From: the human T2T-CHM13v2.0 reference genome, Homo sapiens
Direction: 5' to 3' (one strand)
Assembly (NCBI RefSeq): GCF_009914755.1
Contig: NC_060932.1
Length of the DNA stretch: 64,000 nucleotides
Numbering within the stretch: the stretch's first letter is position 1; each line of letters starts with the position of its first letter. The notes below the pieces were generated by a model. It was given only the letters and a program-made list of their open reading frames with translations, ran no database searches and was not told the DNA's origin. Positions 44,296-61,330 of this stretch are shown piece by piece. A program made the position numbers and the translations under genes.

Positions 44296-44583
44296 GGACT
44301 GGGTGCAGTGGCTCATACCTGTAATCCCAGCACTTTGGGAGGCTGCAGCAGGAGGATCACTTGAGGCCAGGAGTTTGAGACTAGCCTGGGCAATACAGTG
44401 AGACACTCATATCCACAAAACATAAAAATAATTAGGTGGGCATGGTGGCTTGGGCCTGTTATTCTAGCTACTTGAGGCTGAGGCAGGAGGATTGCTTGAG
44501 CCCAGGAGTTCAAGGTTACAGTGAACTGATTGCATTGTTGCACTCCAGCTTTGGCAAGACTCTGACTCAAAAGAAAAAAAAAA
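44296..44583 (+). mobile_element. AluJ
   Basis: ggaggatcacttgaggccaggagttt and ggattgcttgagcccaggagttcaagg, with aaaatagaat on both flanks. Confidence 0.9.
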
Positions 44584-44984
44584 TAGAATTCCTTGAATGC
44601 CTTGTTTTCCCACACTTGCTTATGTATCTCACCCTTTCATGTGCTCGTTGAGAGAAATAATGAGGAATAAAATTATCAAGAGATAATACCGATGAAAAGT
44701 TGTCTTATTTCATGTGGAAATTTCCCTTATGCATCAAATCTTCAGTGAACTTAAACTTTGAGAAAAACTATTTTCACATGGAGGATAATATTGATAGCAG
44801 GGATAAATATTCAGTACTGTGTTCAATAATTCAATGTTCTTTCTTCCTCAGTTATCAATACTTTAATTGTGACTTTTACATGATGTTGGTAAACATAAAC
44901 ATTAGTATTTTCAATATTTTCTCCTTACTAGCTATGATGAAACACTACAAATGGCAGTAGTCATGCATTAACTATAGAAATTGC

Positions 44985-45324
<340 letters not shown>

Positions 45325-47715
45325 TTATCAACTGTTTCAGGATTGTTTCCTCATCTGCGGTCCTCAAATGTATAGCCAAATAAATGTGGGTTCTAGTCTT
45401 TTGATCTGCTTAATCTTTCATATTAAGGAGTCTGAAACTACCGTCAAAATAATAATATTTTGTCAGATAGGAAAGCCCCAAATAAGTTACAAAGAAGTCA
45501 CATGCATTTTTAAAAAATAATTGTATACTGAATATAACTACCCAGAAGATGGGAAAACTCTGCATTTTATTATACATAAGTAGTAAGTCAAAGGGAGACC
45601 TGAGTTAGAAACCAGGATAGGAATCCACAAACATAATGGATCTATTCTTTTCAAACAGTTGAAATTCTTAATTTTTTTTTTTTTAGGTATTGCCATAAAG
45701 GGAACAGCTGCATGTTTTTATTTTTGTTCCTGGAGATAGAATCGTGTCTATAATTTGGTAACATAGAGTTAATTTAACATGACATTTCTGTTTGGATAAT
45801 CTATAACCAAACAATTGTGTTAAGTTACACAATATTGTGAGGCTATTAAGCAAAGCAAACACAAACTGAATCTTAAACTTTAATGTCCTCGCCCTTCCGT
45901 ATGAGCTGCAGTTTTCTGTTTTTGACTGTTGAAGTCCTTTAACCAAAGCTATCTTGTCTGATGATAAAACCATAAGTGTATGAAGCTCACACATTTTTCA
46001 TCTCTTTTATGACCTTATCTTTCATGAGCTTCTTCTGTGAAGGTATCCTAACTATAGGAAGCACCTGGAAAACATATGTGATATCTATTCTCTGATAAGC
46101 AGTTGTGAACAAGAAAGTAGATCTGTCACTTCTGAACTGTTCATTGTTAAAAAATACTTTGATGATTTAGCTGATTGCAAAATGCATTATAGGGATGACT
46201 AACAGCTACAGTAACACTCCTAGTCAAGAAAGTTCAATAGTTATATTGTACAAGAATTTCTATAAGAGGTTAATATTGATAGGAACTACATGGATTAAAA
46301 GAGCAAGGTTGAGAAGGGCTGTTTGCTTGCATGACTGCTTTCAAACACTGCTGCTATTCTGTGCTGAAAAAGTGACTGTCTCGGAATGTGGCAAATCTTT
46401 AATTTCTACAGAAGTATTTAACTTTCAGTGAAAAGGTGTTTGTTTGTGGTTTTTAAATTATTTTTGCCTGGCGAGTGGAGCCACTGCTTTTACTATCTTA
46501 CCAACAATACCTAATAAGGTATTTAAAGATTCTGTTTCATATGTTTCAAAGACTATATTCAAGTGCATTTCCCCGAGCCATTTATGCTATGCATTATATT
46601 GCTCAATAACACCTTCAATTTCCTCCTATAGGACTCTCATTGATTCTGAAACCTAGACTAAGAAAAATGGAAAGGCCCACAAAATACGTATGATATCTTT
46701 TAAAAGAGTAACAAAAGAGTTTAATCTTGCAATGGAAAACCATTAACTTCATAGCCATAATTTTGGAAATATTATAGATTTTGTTACTGCTTGACATTTA
46801 TTCCATTTCATCATTTTATGAATTGGTCTCTGGATATATATAGTGGTTATCCCATTAAATATGTTTGTGCTTTGCTGAAAATACACTGAAATTTCTATTT
46901 AAAAGTATATGAATAAAAAATTTAGAAAGTAAATGAATGGATGTTAAATGAGTTCCTAGCTCTTTCTGTAATTCTCTTCTTGGCATCTTTTTTCTGTCTT
47001 CCTTTCCTCTTCCTATCAACACAGCTTGTGAAGCAGTATCTTAACAAACTTGTCGTTATTATCTTGCTATTAATTATTCATTCCAATTTTCCTAAGCTAC
47101 TCTAGAGTACCGATTTCAAACATAGAATCAAAAATGGATAGAAGTAAAAAAAAATGTTGGTCAATAAAGTCAATTTCATTTAAACTAGGAAGAAGCTTGG
47201 GTTAATATGAAAATAAAATTGTATTTATAACTTTTTCATGAGAATATATTGGAAGTAAAGAAGCAAGTCTCTATTGTGAGAAAAAAAATAGTTTCCTAAA
47301 AGTAATTCGAAGATTTCATATTTGATTAAATTATTTGTAATCACTTATTTTTCATTAGTAAAAAGCATTAAAAAATGAATTATGTCAAAACATTACCATA
47401 AAAATAAGAACTAGTTTTCTGAGATAAAGTTAGAAGATGAAGGGTCTAAAAGTTGGAAACTTATGACATTTTATTTATTAAATAGAAAGAATGTGCTGAA
47501 AGCAATTAATTAGCAAGTGTAATGATATTGCAGTAAGTTATGGTAAAAAGAACGAAACTAAAATCTAATTTTTTAAGTGCTCAGTAAGCAATGGTAATTG
47601 ATTAACATTTGTATGTAGTTGATTTTTCTAAGTGCCAAGTAAAATAGTAAACCTTAGGGAAAAAATAATGCTTATGAAGATCAAATTCGTTAACCATTTT
47701 ATTTTAATATGCAAG

Positions 47716-48009
47716 TGCCTGGGCGCGGTGGCTCACACCTGTAATCCCAGCACTTTGGGAGGCTGAAGCAGGCTGGTCACCTGAGGTCGGGAGTTCGAGA
47801 CCAGCCTGACCAACATGGAGAAACCCTGTCTCTACTAAAAATACAAAGTTGACTGGGTGTGGTGGTATGTGCCTGTGGGCCCAGCTACTTGGGAAGGCTG
47901 AAGCAGGAGAATCGCTTGAGGCAGAGGTTTCAGTGAGCCAAGATGGAGCCATTGCACTCCAGCCTGGGCAACAAGAGCAAAACTCCGTCTCAAAAAAAAA
48001 AAAAAAAAA
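47716..48009 (+). mobile_element. AluSp-like, with a small internal deletion
   Basis: gtcgggagttcgagaccagcctgaccaacatggagaaaccc and gcaacaagagcaaaactcc. Confidence 0.9.
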
Positions 48010-48134
48010 TTATGCAACCATAATGAAGAAATGGGACTTAAACATGATAAGGATAAAGCAGCTGTCAGATCACATCCTGCTATCTCTGTTGCTTGCCATG
48101 TAGTCGACTTTGACGGTAATGTCCTAGTAAGTTA

Positions 48135-48345
48135 GAGGCATGGTCTTTGGAGTCGGACTAACTTGGCATCAAATCCTGGTTCTGCCACTTACTAGCAGTG
48201 TGCTTGGGCATCTTTCCACATCTCTCCCCCTTGGTTTATTTTTCTGAACTATAGGAATATTAATACATGGCAGATCTGTTGATGTGATGTTTATAAAGCA
48301 TTTAGCAATATACCTAGTGCTGAGTAGTGCTTAAGAGATGATAGC
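48135..48345 (+). mobile_element. MIR
   Basis: ctttggagtcggac...caaatcctggttctgccacttactagc.gtgt.cttgggca...taaagcatttagca. Confidence 0.75.
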
Positions 48346-49239
48346 CATGTTTAGATTTAGTATAGAATCTGATCTTGATGACATGATCTATACCTTATTC
48401 ATCTTTATGATTTCAGTGTTTTCATATAGCAGATATTGAAATGAATATAAATTAAATTCTGTTCCATTCTGTTTTCTACATCCAAATTTATCATTTCATA
48501 TGAGATTATTTTGTTTTAGTCATCTTTCTTTTTTTATTTGCATTCTTTCTTTAAGAAAAGATTAAATAATTAGAAAGTTTAAACTATTCTTTCCTCTCCA
48601 AATTTTTTTATTAATGTGATATATATTGCATACCCCTTACCTAGTTTTATAAGTTGCTCAAAATAGGTGCAAAATGTAATTTATTTTGAGCTGTTAAATG
48701 TGTATACTTAACTACTATTGTAGTGCTTCTTTAAATACTCGGCAATACTTATTTTCAGTATCTCTAATTATTTGTAATGAATGAAACAAATTGGAGCAAA
48801 TCATTCAATGAATCTAGGTTATCAATATTGAGTATTGCTACCAAGTTGAAATCTAAGTTCTACAGTTCTGATTTGGCAGTTAAGTGACATTTAATGAAAG
48901 TTTTTTAATCATATGAAACTACTTGTTCAATCAACCCCTTAATAGGTTGAATTACAAAATTTTCATCTTGACATTTTCTATCAGATACGGGATGAGAATG
49001 ATCAGGGGTAAATTTGGCATATACTGAATGAAGGAAAGGACTTCACTCAGTCGAAGTACTTTTCAAACTCTTTAGCATCTTAAAATGTCTTCTGGATTAT
49101 ACTCTTACCTCATTGAACTATCTAGTTTCACCACCTTCAAGCTGCCATGTTTCCTGCACAATAACTTAATTACCATAATCTTTTCCTATGGGACTCTTTG
49201 GGAAGGTGGCTGCCATTTTTAATGTTAAACATTGTTTCT

Positions 49240-49578
<339 letters not shown>

Positions 49579-52348
49579 TCAGGATATTAAACATACAGAG
49601 TTCAGTTTCACATCTTCAAATTTTCAGATATTTATTGGTTTCTTCCTCCAAGAAACTTCTGTGGCATCAAGTCTGGGTTTGTTGTCATGCTTGTGTGCTC
49701 CTGTCCCATCATGAACTTCTCCCCTCAAAGCACTCATCACACCAGCTTGCAGCTCCCTATCAATCTGTCTGTATCCTACACTGGTCTATATGTGATAGAT
49801 GAGAGTAGTCATTTGTTTTGTATTCTCAGTGCCCAACACAGTGCCTGGGCCTGAAAAAGCTGTGTTTTAATGAACTAATAAAGAACACTTTGTATCACTT
49901 CTGTTTAACAGAGGTGAACATTTATCAATTGAACTGGATCATTTTCTTTAAGTTCTAATTTTTGTGGTAACTCTGATTACTCGGCAATGTATTCTTCCAG
50001 ACACACTCCTTTCTATTTTTTCTCATTATTTTTTCTTCCAAAAATATGTAATTTGCTTAATAAAATATTTTGGGGTAGACTTAACCATGGTCTCACAAAA
50101 ATTGGGAGAGAGAATGTCTGAGACATGAGTGTTGTTATGGAATGAATAAGGGAGAACTCAAAAGACCCGAAGTCTGATACGGTATGTTCATAGGAACTTA
50201 GTCAATATAGGTTGATTACTGTATTTGTATCACAGGGTCATATCAGTCCCCCCACTGAAATACCTCCAGTGCATCTCATTGCAGTCAACATGAAGGTAGA
50301 ACTCCAAAATTCATTATATGGCTTCTTCATGGTCAGTCTCTTTTTGTGCTTCTGGTCTCTGAATTTCTATACTTTATGTCTTACCACTTGGAATTATTCA
50401 TGAACTATCTTTATTGTAGGTTTTTATCAGTGGCTACTGCTCTCATGCATATTGCCTATTTCCCCAACTAGATTATATGGTCCTCAACAGAAAGCACTGT
50501 TTTTTTTATTTTTCATATTTCTCATTGTATTTTCAAAAATGTGTGAGTAATGTTAATGATTGATTGAATTTTGCATAGCACCATATATTTCCAACTGAAA
50601 TGTAACAGTAAGATGCAGGAAGGCTTACTCCTTTGTGTGAATGTAAGGACAATACAGTTAATACCTGAATATAAAATAACTTCTCTAAGTGGTTCTGCTT
50701 AGATTTTATTCTCTGTTATCTGGGCACCTGGCTATATAATTTTTAACAGTGTGGCCTCATGGTTGTTTGTTAATGGGTTGCTCTGGGGTTATTATTCAGG
50801 TGTTCATGGTTCTCTCCTCAACTGGAGGAGAGATGTAAAGAGAAAGGATGTTTTGGAAAGAATGCCAGACTAGCAATTAGGAGACTCAAATTTAATTTAT
50901 AATCTTGTACAAACTGCTGTTTTTGGTGGCCTTTATGATGCCATAGCCCTACTATCCTGCTTGTTGGGGAAAGGAGATTTACATAAAACTGCTTCAATCT
51001 GCCACCCCTGTGATGTGTGGGAAGCACTTATTGCTGGAACATGATATTTGAGGAAGTTCCTTATGCAGAAACTAATATGGTAGCTGTAAGACCATGGATA
51101 AGTTATTGACCCTATCTGTGCATCAATTTCCTGAATAGTAAATTGATCTAATTTGGGCTACATGTTTTCCAAAGTCCCCTCTGGTGCTCAAATCCCTGTG
51201 TTTCAAGATTCATAAGGAATAAGAAAAGTGCTTGGAAGGAGTGGATATTATTTAAAAACTGTAGGGTATATTCTCTATTCTTTACCATTGGGGAGAACAA
51301 CTCCTTTTGTATACATCCCTGAATTAGCTCCCAGAGTGATACTCCATTTAGTCTGTGAAAATGTAATCAAAAGGTCACTCACCTAAGTGGTAAATAATTG
51401 TGTAGATTCTAGCTTCCATGAAAAATTAAGTATTGGAAAGGTCAACGTTTCCCCAAATTGGGTCAGGTATCCCTAGTGGCACTCAAGAAGATTAAGATGG
51501 TAAACTGATATTTTATTAAATAGCCTTGAATCAATGGTAAAAAAGTTCTCAAGTTTCTTATATTCTTTGTATATCAGTGAGAATGTCTCAATTTCATATT
51601 ACCATTTATCACTTAAATACTCCTCTAGTACTTGCTACCCTTTCTAATACAAAGCAATGAGATAGAAACTCAGAGTCTAAATAGAGATGGTAGCTAGCAT
51701 TTAATAGTATTATCTGTATTTTTGTTGAATCTATTTTGTGATTACTTTCTATTTTTGGCATGTGATACTGATTTTCCCTTTGTAGTAGTGATAAAGTTTT
51801 TGTTTTTCATATATGTTGTTTGTTTTTAAAATACATTTTTGGTTTTTTTTTTAGTTTATGAAATCAGTTATTAAAAAGTGAGTCAATTTAAATAAAGTAG
51901 CACCCAAAATATTACATACATGGTGACTGGCCCCAAATCATAAAAGTAGCATAAGAAGTTGGGAAGAAATGGGGTGTATCAGTAAGAGTCCATCAGGAAA
52001 CTGATGATGTGGTCACTGGGTTTAACTAAAGGCATTTTGGTGAAGGGATAGTGCACAAGGTGTGGGTGGGACTAGGGAAACGAACCAGGGATGGGAAGCA
52101 TCTATGGGCTCACCACAGTAGGAAGCTGTTAGCACTTCTGGTCTCAAAAGACACGAGAGAAGATGCAGGAGCAGGAGGGCACCATAGAACAGGAGCTCTA
52201 ATTCTGCGATACAGTCACTGCTAGCAACTGAAGACCATCAAGAAGGAAGGGAATAAGGGATGAATACCTGACCTCTCTCTCCTCCTACCTCTGATCCTCT
52301 GCTATGCTATCAGTGCCTCCGGTGGCTGAACTCAAATCAGAGGCCAAG

Positions 52349-52855
<507 letters not shown>

Positions 52856-52890
52856 ATCCGAACAGGCAAAAGGAGTGAAAACTCTGTCTC

Positions 52891-52899
52891 AACAAAAAA

Positions 52900-52970
<71 letters not shown>

Positions 52971-52992
52971 AAAAAAGAAAGAAAGAAAGAAA
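52891..52992. repeat. Poly-A/(GA)n/(GAAA)n purine tract
   Basis: Seen directly in the sequence; it follows an Alu 3'-end remnant. Confidence 0.95.
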
Positions 52993-53542
52993 TCAAAGCC
53001 CAGGGGCGCCCCGGTGTTGGAGTCTATAGGAGTTCAGGATCCCTTGGTCACAAAGCAGGGCCAAGAAGGAAGAGAGCGGATTGGGGCCAGCAAGAAGGGA
53101 CAAGCAGAGAATGTCCAGGAGACATTAGGGTTCTCCACCACAGCTAACATTGTGATTCCAGTTATGCCAGTTTGCTAATTACATGACATTAGTTCAGTAC
53201 TTACATGTATGTAGGGGTGATATTCAAAGACTACTGGTATGGCCTGGGATCTGACCAATCCAAACGGATACCATAAACCTCCTGCTCACCAGGCTTTCAT
53301 CACATAGTTTCTGGATTGAGAGAAGCAGGAGGAGGCTCAGTAGAGAAGGGCCAGAGCAGGTACAGTCAGGCAGAAGGGAACTTGGTTAGTTCAGGGCTAG
53401 CGTCTATGTAACCTGCAAAATGGGGCACAGAAGATAAACCCTTTTTTGTTCCTGAGACTTTTTTATGGTGTGCCTTTATGCTTGCTAAGACTTGGTCTTA
53501 TTTGTTTTAAAAATGTTTTAAAAATTTGTTTTGAAAACTTGG

Positions 53543-54045
<503 letters not shown>

Positions 54046-54480
54046 GTTCTGAAAGGAAAAATATTTTCAAAAATATTTTAATTTAAGACATGGGATTCAG
54101 TGGTGTGGTTTATGTATTTTATTCTTTAATATCCACTAGAATCCGTGCTCTCCGTTAAGTAAACTGAGTTCAACAGAGCTGATCCTGGGTTTCTACATTC
54201 CTACTCCTTACCTTTATTACAGATTTTAAGTTCATTTTATGAAGCTACACATAGAAATGAAAATAAAATGTATGGAATTTTAACTTCAAAGCTCATATTA
54301 ACATCATGTTAAATGTCATTCATCGTAATCATGATTTCCTGAAAATTCTGTATTTTCTAAGTAACTTTGGAAGTTCTTAGAAGTTCAGTGTTTTTTTTTT
54401 GTATAATCATATAAAGATTTAAGTGGTATTAGAGAGTTGGGAAACTGGAAAATAGTTATTGGATACTTCAGAGAAAGCTA

Positions 54481-54868
<388 letters not shown>

Positions 54869-55770
54869 TTAGTATTCATGTTTTTTTGTCTTCATACTTT
54901 CTTGTTATTTTGTTTCTATTTTATTACCATTTATGGCAAAATATTAGTATTTTAAAGTATGCATTATATTAAAGTGGACTACTTTTCTTAAAAGCAGCAC
55001 ATACTTTGTTACATTATCACTTAAAATGAAGGTACTCATTAATTAGACTTTTTGCTTTTAAAATATGGTTGTATCATTAAGGTTTCTCCTTTGCCATAAC
55101 TATATTTTTGCTCAGAATGTTACTGCCTTTTTAATGTGAAAATGATGGCATAAAATTGTAGAAACTAGCTGTATTTATTCAAGCAAAAATATAGGTTTAT
55201 AGTTTCTTTTATTGTGAGGAGTTGAGTCACTGGCTAATCATTTAATTATGGCCTTTTCCACTAAATTTTTAAAACAAATAAGACCCAGTCTTAGCGAGCA
55301 TAAAGCTGGGGAAAAATAAAAGTGTTCTTCAAAGTAATCTAAATTCAACCAAAACCATAAATATGTCTTATTCTATGATATTTATTTATCTGCATCTTGT
55401 CTTTAGAAAAGTTATAATTTGGAAATCAATGAGTTAAGTTTTTCTGTATTGAAAGTCTTAGAAAAAATTATAAACTGCAATTTCATTTTCTTCTTATATA
55501 TATTAATAACTCCAAAGGAAAATTTACATGGAAATGTTTTTATGTTTATAGTACTTAACTTCATTCATTTATTGATAACAAATACTGATTTTCTTTATTG
55601 TGAAGCCACAATAGATATCAAAATAGTCATGAACATTTATTAGTGTAATGACAATATGTATAACAAACCTGTAATTAGATATATGATAAGGACATCCCTT
55701 TATGAGGGTGTGAATGTGAAAGAGAGAGCTTTGCTCATTTTCTTTCTCTCCTTGTGTTGGTGTTTTCCAG

Positions 55771-55872
55771 GTGATGATGAAGGAATCCAGGAGACAGCAG
55801 AATCAGATGGGGACACACAGTCAGAGAAACCGGGGCAACCTGGAGTTGAGACAGACGACTGGGATGGACCAG
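55771..55872 (+). CDS. ZFPM2: ZFPM2 internal coding exon 3, phase 1/1
   Basis: Long pyrimidine tract ending tgttttccag|GT and donor CAG|gtaggg. Translates (G)[33 protein letters not shown](G), the continuation of FOG2. Confidence 0.96.
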
Positions 55873-57081
55873 GTAGGGGAGAATATTTAAAATTCAACCG
55901 TCTTTAGTACTGTTAGAAATACACATTTTTCTTTTTTTCTTGAACATCAGTTAGCTTGCAAAAAATGTTTTTGTGTGTGCTGGTTACATGAGAGTTTAAA
56001 TAAAGATTATTATTTTAAAAATACTTCTTAGATTTTTGTTATATAAATTATAAAAACCAAAGTGCTACCTCTGCTTGAAGTTTCTGTCATTTTTTTCTTT
56101 CATCTTCATGTAAAATTAGTCAATTCTACTTGCTTCTTTGAACAAAGGATCTTTAAGCTACATCCAAATTTAAATTGGGCACACTATTAAAGCTTACAAA
56201 CAAGAAACAGTACTTCAAAGAACTATCATTTTCAGTTTAGTCATGTTTTAAATCATAGGTTGAACCTCAATACATATTTAGAAGTTTAGAAAATATCAAA
56301 AGATGCCCCCTTTTGATTTAAGGTTTGAGTAACATTTTCATTTTGATGAGGAAAATTACATTTGATTTTAATGATCTTGACATTTAATCATTTAAAGAAA
56401 AACAAAAACTGATCAAAATACTCCACCACACCAATATAAATGTATGTAAATATATAACAGTCAAAAGAACTCTGCAGAAAAAAGGCTTTATATTTGGTGC
56501 CAAGTAATTTACAATTGATAGTATATTTATAAATGGAGACTATTATGTCACAAGGTTTAAGAATATAAGTGAGTTCTGAGATAGTTTTAGCCGTAATTTC
56601 CAAAGCAGTAACATTTTTCATTAAGAAAGATCCCTATATTTCAATCACATTTTCACCCTTGCATGACTTTGCAAATTGCTCTCTGCTGTACGTGAAGAAG
56701 AGAGGAACTCCAGCAGTAATTTTCTGAAACCAGCAGCTGGAAAATATAATGCAAACAAAAATGAAGATACAGTATATCTGATTATTATGATGTCATTTCT
56801 AATGTTATTCATCATACACACAAATGTTTGTATTCTGTATACTATAACATAATGCTATACAAGATTTTATATCAAAAATGTATTATATTTAAAGTACCTT
56901 ATTACCACATTTTAAGAGTTTGAAGGAAAATATAGCCTTCTGGCATTTTCACCTTATGGCATGATGCTTCTTCTCAATGTGGGGAAAGATTCCCTCGATT
57001 AAAAAAAAAAGTAGGGAAAAGATTTTCGGAACATCTAGGTTTTGTCATGGAGGTTACCTTTAACTTAAAAACAGTGAGTGA

Positions 57082-57710
<629 letters not shown>

Positions 57711-58587
57711 ATAGTTCCTTATTCATAGAATTAAGTATGTATATGTTAATTTAGAAGTGTTTTTACATTTAAAAGTTTAGTTGGCCTTTTAGATATGCCT
57801 GCTTGCGAAAAGGTACATTCTGGCTTACTCTTATGATGGGGAAAATTTGTAGGGAGTAGGTTTTTATCTTTGTTTATGTCTGGGGCCCATAGCTTTTCCA
57901 GTGACTTGGGAGTAAGTAAGCAAATTTTAGGGGATAAAATGCCAAACACATGCTGTACACCCAGTGCTACCTTTTTCAGGAAGCTTTTCGAGAAATAAAG
58001 TTGTATTTGTGGCTAATAAAAGAGGGGGAGAGAAAGTGAACAAGGTGAAGAATTATGCTGTCATTCAAAATGAAGAATTTTCCATTTTCGTTTAAATTTA
58101 TTTAATGTATTTAATTTAATGTTTTTATTTATTTGCTGTTGGTAAAAAAACTTTATACTCTTTTCTGGGCACATATGGTTATGACAAAACTTTGAAGAGA
58201 AAATATGTATCTCTAAGCAGGTATGGCTACAAAAAAATTTCTTCTTCGTCTATTATAAAATAAATAACAATTTTTTTCTCTATACACATTTAGCCAAAAA
58301 AGAGGTTTTATTATTATGAAAATCCCTGAATTGAAGTTGATTCATAACAATATCTATTTATTTACTTTTCAAGGTAGAATATTCATTAATTTCCTTTAAT
58401 CAGGAGATTAGGGAGAAAGTAGGGGGTATTTCGTGTTTTCGCTATTGCATAAACAGCAATTACTTTGATGTTACTACTGCAAGTTTTGTTATTAATGAAA
58501 TAGTATTGGCATTTTCCAACTGTAGTCAGAGAGAAAATTGTGCAACTTTTAGTGACAGTTTCCAAATATATTGGAAAATGGGCTTTA

Positions 58588-58714
58588 CTGATGGTTACCC
58601 CATTTACCCTGATATGACTATTACACATTGTTTTCCTGTCTTAAAATATCTCATATGCCCATGAATATATACACCTACTATATACCCACAAAAATTAAAA
58701 ATTAATAAAAAAAT
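58588..58714 (+). mobile_element. L1MA-type 3' end with probable TSD
   Basis: taccccatttaccctgat.tga.tattacacattg...atatatacacctacta..tacccacaaaaattaaaa. The sequence aaaat(g/a)ggcttta occurs at 58575-58587 and 58715-58727. Confidence 0.85.
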
Positions 58715-60099
58715 AAAATAGGCTTTAGATTCCATGGGTTTAGGTTCAATTCTGGATTTAATACTCACTATCTGGGAGATTTTTGGCAAAAAATTTGGAA
58801 GTTTGGCAAAAAAAAAAACCAAAAACCTGTTCTCACTTTACCTATATCCTCATTTGTAAAAAATAGAAAATAATATTAACAACTCTTAGAGAATTAAATC
58901 AGATCATATACATGAAATGTCAGTGATCATTATTGTGGCTTTGCAGTTGTTGAGTCTTGAAGCCGAACCTTTAGAGTTTCTAATGCCCACTAGTATATCT
59001 GAAGAAATAAAGAGAAAAGTTTTGTCATACTAATTGAGTTTAGCCGCAAATTATTGATTAAGATATGAGGTATTGAAACAGATTTCGATTTCAAGGTCTT
59101 CTAATTTTAAGGTTCTCCACCTCAGTTCTGACAGTCACCCTAAGAGAGATGATTTTCTCTAAAAATAGAACAGAGTCAAAGGATGGGAAAATTATCTAAA
59201 GAATTTGAGGCATAGAGCTGACGTCATTTAAGATGGATCAGGATTTATCTTTTTTTAAAAGAGTTTGATTGACGACGACTCCACAACCTTTCTTGATGGC
59301 TGAATTAAATAATGAATCAACTCCCGTCTGACGTGTTTCATTTTATCAAATGCAGATTCCACAGTGGAAAGTACTTTTTCCCTTATGTTATTCAACTAAA
59401 AGATATGTTTTGTTATCACTATTGCTCACACCTTTGTTAGCTGTTATGATTAAGTGGAACCTAAACAATCTTTAAGAAAATTATCTTACATGTAAACATT
59501 TCTATGGTGAAATTCTTTCATGTTTAAATGTTTGTGATTCCTGTTTAAGTATACTTCAAATTCCTATGAATCTTTCATGGTTTGAGTGAAAAGCTAGACA
59601 CACTAAGCTGGTAGGGTTCAAGCCAATATAAAAGTCATTGTCTCATTATTTCAGTACCTCTCAAGTCTGTTTTTTAATGTAATTGTTCTTTCTTCCTTAT
59701 AAAATTTTACTTGGACACTTCTTTGCTTGGAATCTAATTCACAGAACATTTGCTCTTCACTATTCTGGTTTTTCATCTGTCTTTGCCTATATTTTATTTA
59801 TCTTATCTGTCTTCTTTTTAGTAAACATCTTTTCTTTTCTTTGATTGTCCTCACAAATTTTGTGTTTTATCACTCTCACAAGTTCTTCAGTTTACCAATA
59901 TTCTTATATGTCTAATTATTCAATAAATATTTATCTTGCATTTATTGTAATAATTGTTAAAAGCACTTGGGAGAAGTTCAAGGTGTAACATCATGCTGTC
60001 TGTATTCTCATTTTTTTGATGTCATTTCCCTCCTGTGGGCTTCTTTAATTATTCATGTACCATATTTGAGTCACTGATGCAATAATTAAGCATCTCATA

Positions 60100-60330
60100 G
60101 AATGGAGAGTAGAGTATGGTTTAAACTACAGAACGAAGTGTACAGATTTTAGATTCTGGCATGTTAAGTTCAGAAGTTCAGGCCAAGCTTCAGTTTCCTT
60201 ATCTTTAAAATGGGAATAATAATAGCTTGAAATACTGTGATTTGGATGAAATTTGAAAGAGATGATATTTACAAAGTATCCAGCACAGAACTTGGGAGAG
60301 AATAGGACTTGCTAAACGTAAGTGGTCTTC
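60100..60330 (+). mobile_element. MIR fragment
   Basis: cttcagtttccttatctttaaaatgggaataataatag core. Confidence 0.6.
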
Positions 60331-61154
60331 CCTTACCCTAGGACTGAACTTTGTTAAACACTTTTCACTCTGTCCTTTCAGACTGACCAATGGTTGGAAT
60401 GTTGACCTTATTTTGAAAATAGTGTTTACATCCCTGGCGATCTTAAGAACCACATTCCATGACCGAAGTCTGTTTTATGTACTCGTATTTAGAAGGAGAC
60501 TAGGGAAAGAAAATTTAGGTAAATCTTTATAAATCTGTCATCTACCTTTATGAAACAAGCACCTTAAAAGTCACATCTTACTTACATCAACTTTCAGTAT
60601 GCTAATTCTCGGAATTACCTTATTAAAACATGGTTACTACTTTTTACACTTGAGAATAGTGAAAATCTGATTTGTCTGGTACAATATTGCATGAAATCTT
60701 GGTCTTACCATCAGGCTTATAGCAGCTATAATTGAAACTTCCAGGAGCTCTAATAAAGGAAAATATCATGCTACTTAAATATGCAAATAAGTACATGTAC
60801 CCACCCCCACAATAACATGTGTTAATGCAGACATACACAGGTATAACATTTTGAGCAGGTATTGAAATTCTTTGACACAAACTTTTCAGGATAAGTATAT
60901 ACCTCTATTTAAATAGATTTTAATATTTATATGTTAAGCTTTGGGTCATTTCAATAAAAATGAAGTAGAAAATCAAACACTATATTGATGATTTGATGAA
61001 TTAATAGAATAAAATTAGTAATCATTTTTTGTATTATACATTTTCAAATATTAAAACTTGCTGCTACGCTGATAAGTCAGAGTATCCATCAAAGGTAAAT
61101 TATTTTGGGGTAATGTCATGAATGGAGAAGGCCAAAAACATTCCCTCTGTTTAT

Positions 61155-61330
61155 ATCTTGGTTCTGCCACTTACCAATTTTGTGACTTTGAGCAAGCTAT
61201 TAACACTCCAAGGCCTCAGTTTCCTTGTTTGTAAAATAGGGCTAATAATAATAACTACCTCATTAATGAGATTTTACATCTAAAGCATGGAGCTCAGAGC
61301 TTCCTAAGTGCTCAATTAATTACTCTTAAT
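61155..61330 (+). mobile_element. MIR
   Basis: ggttctgccacttacc...tgtgactttgagcaagctatt.aac...gcctcagtttcc..gtaaaatagggctaataata. Confidence 0.75.
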
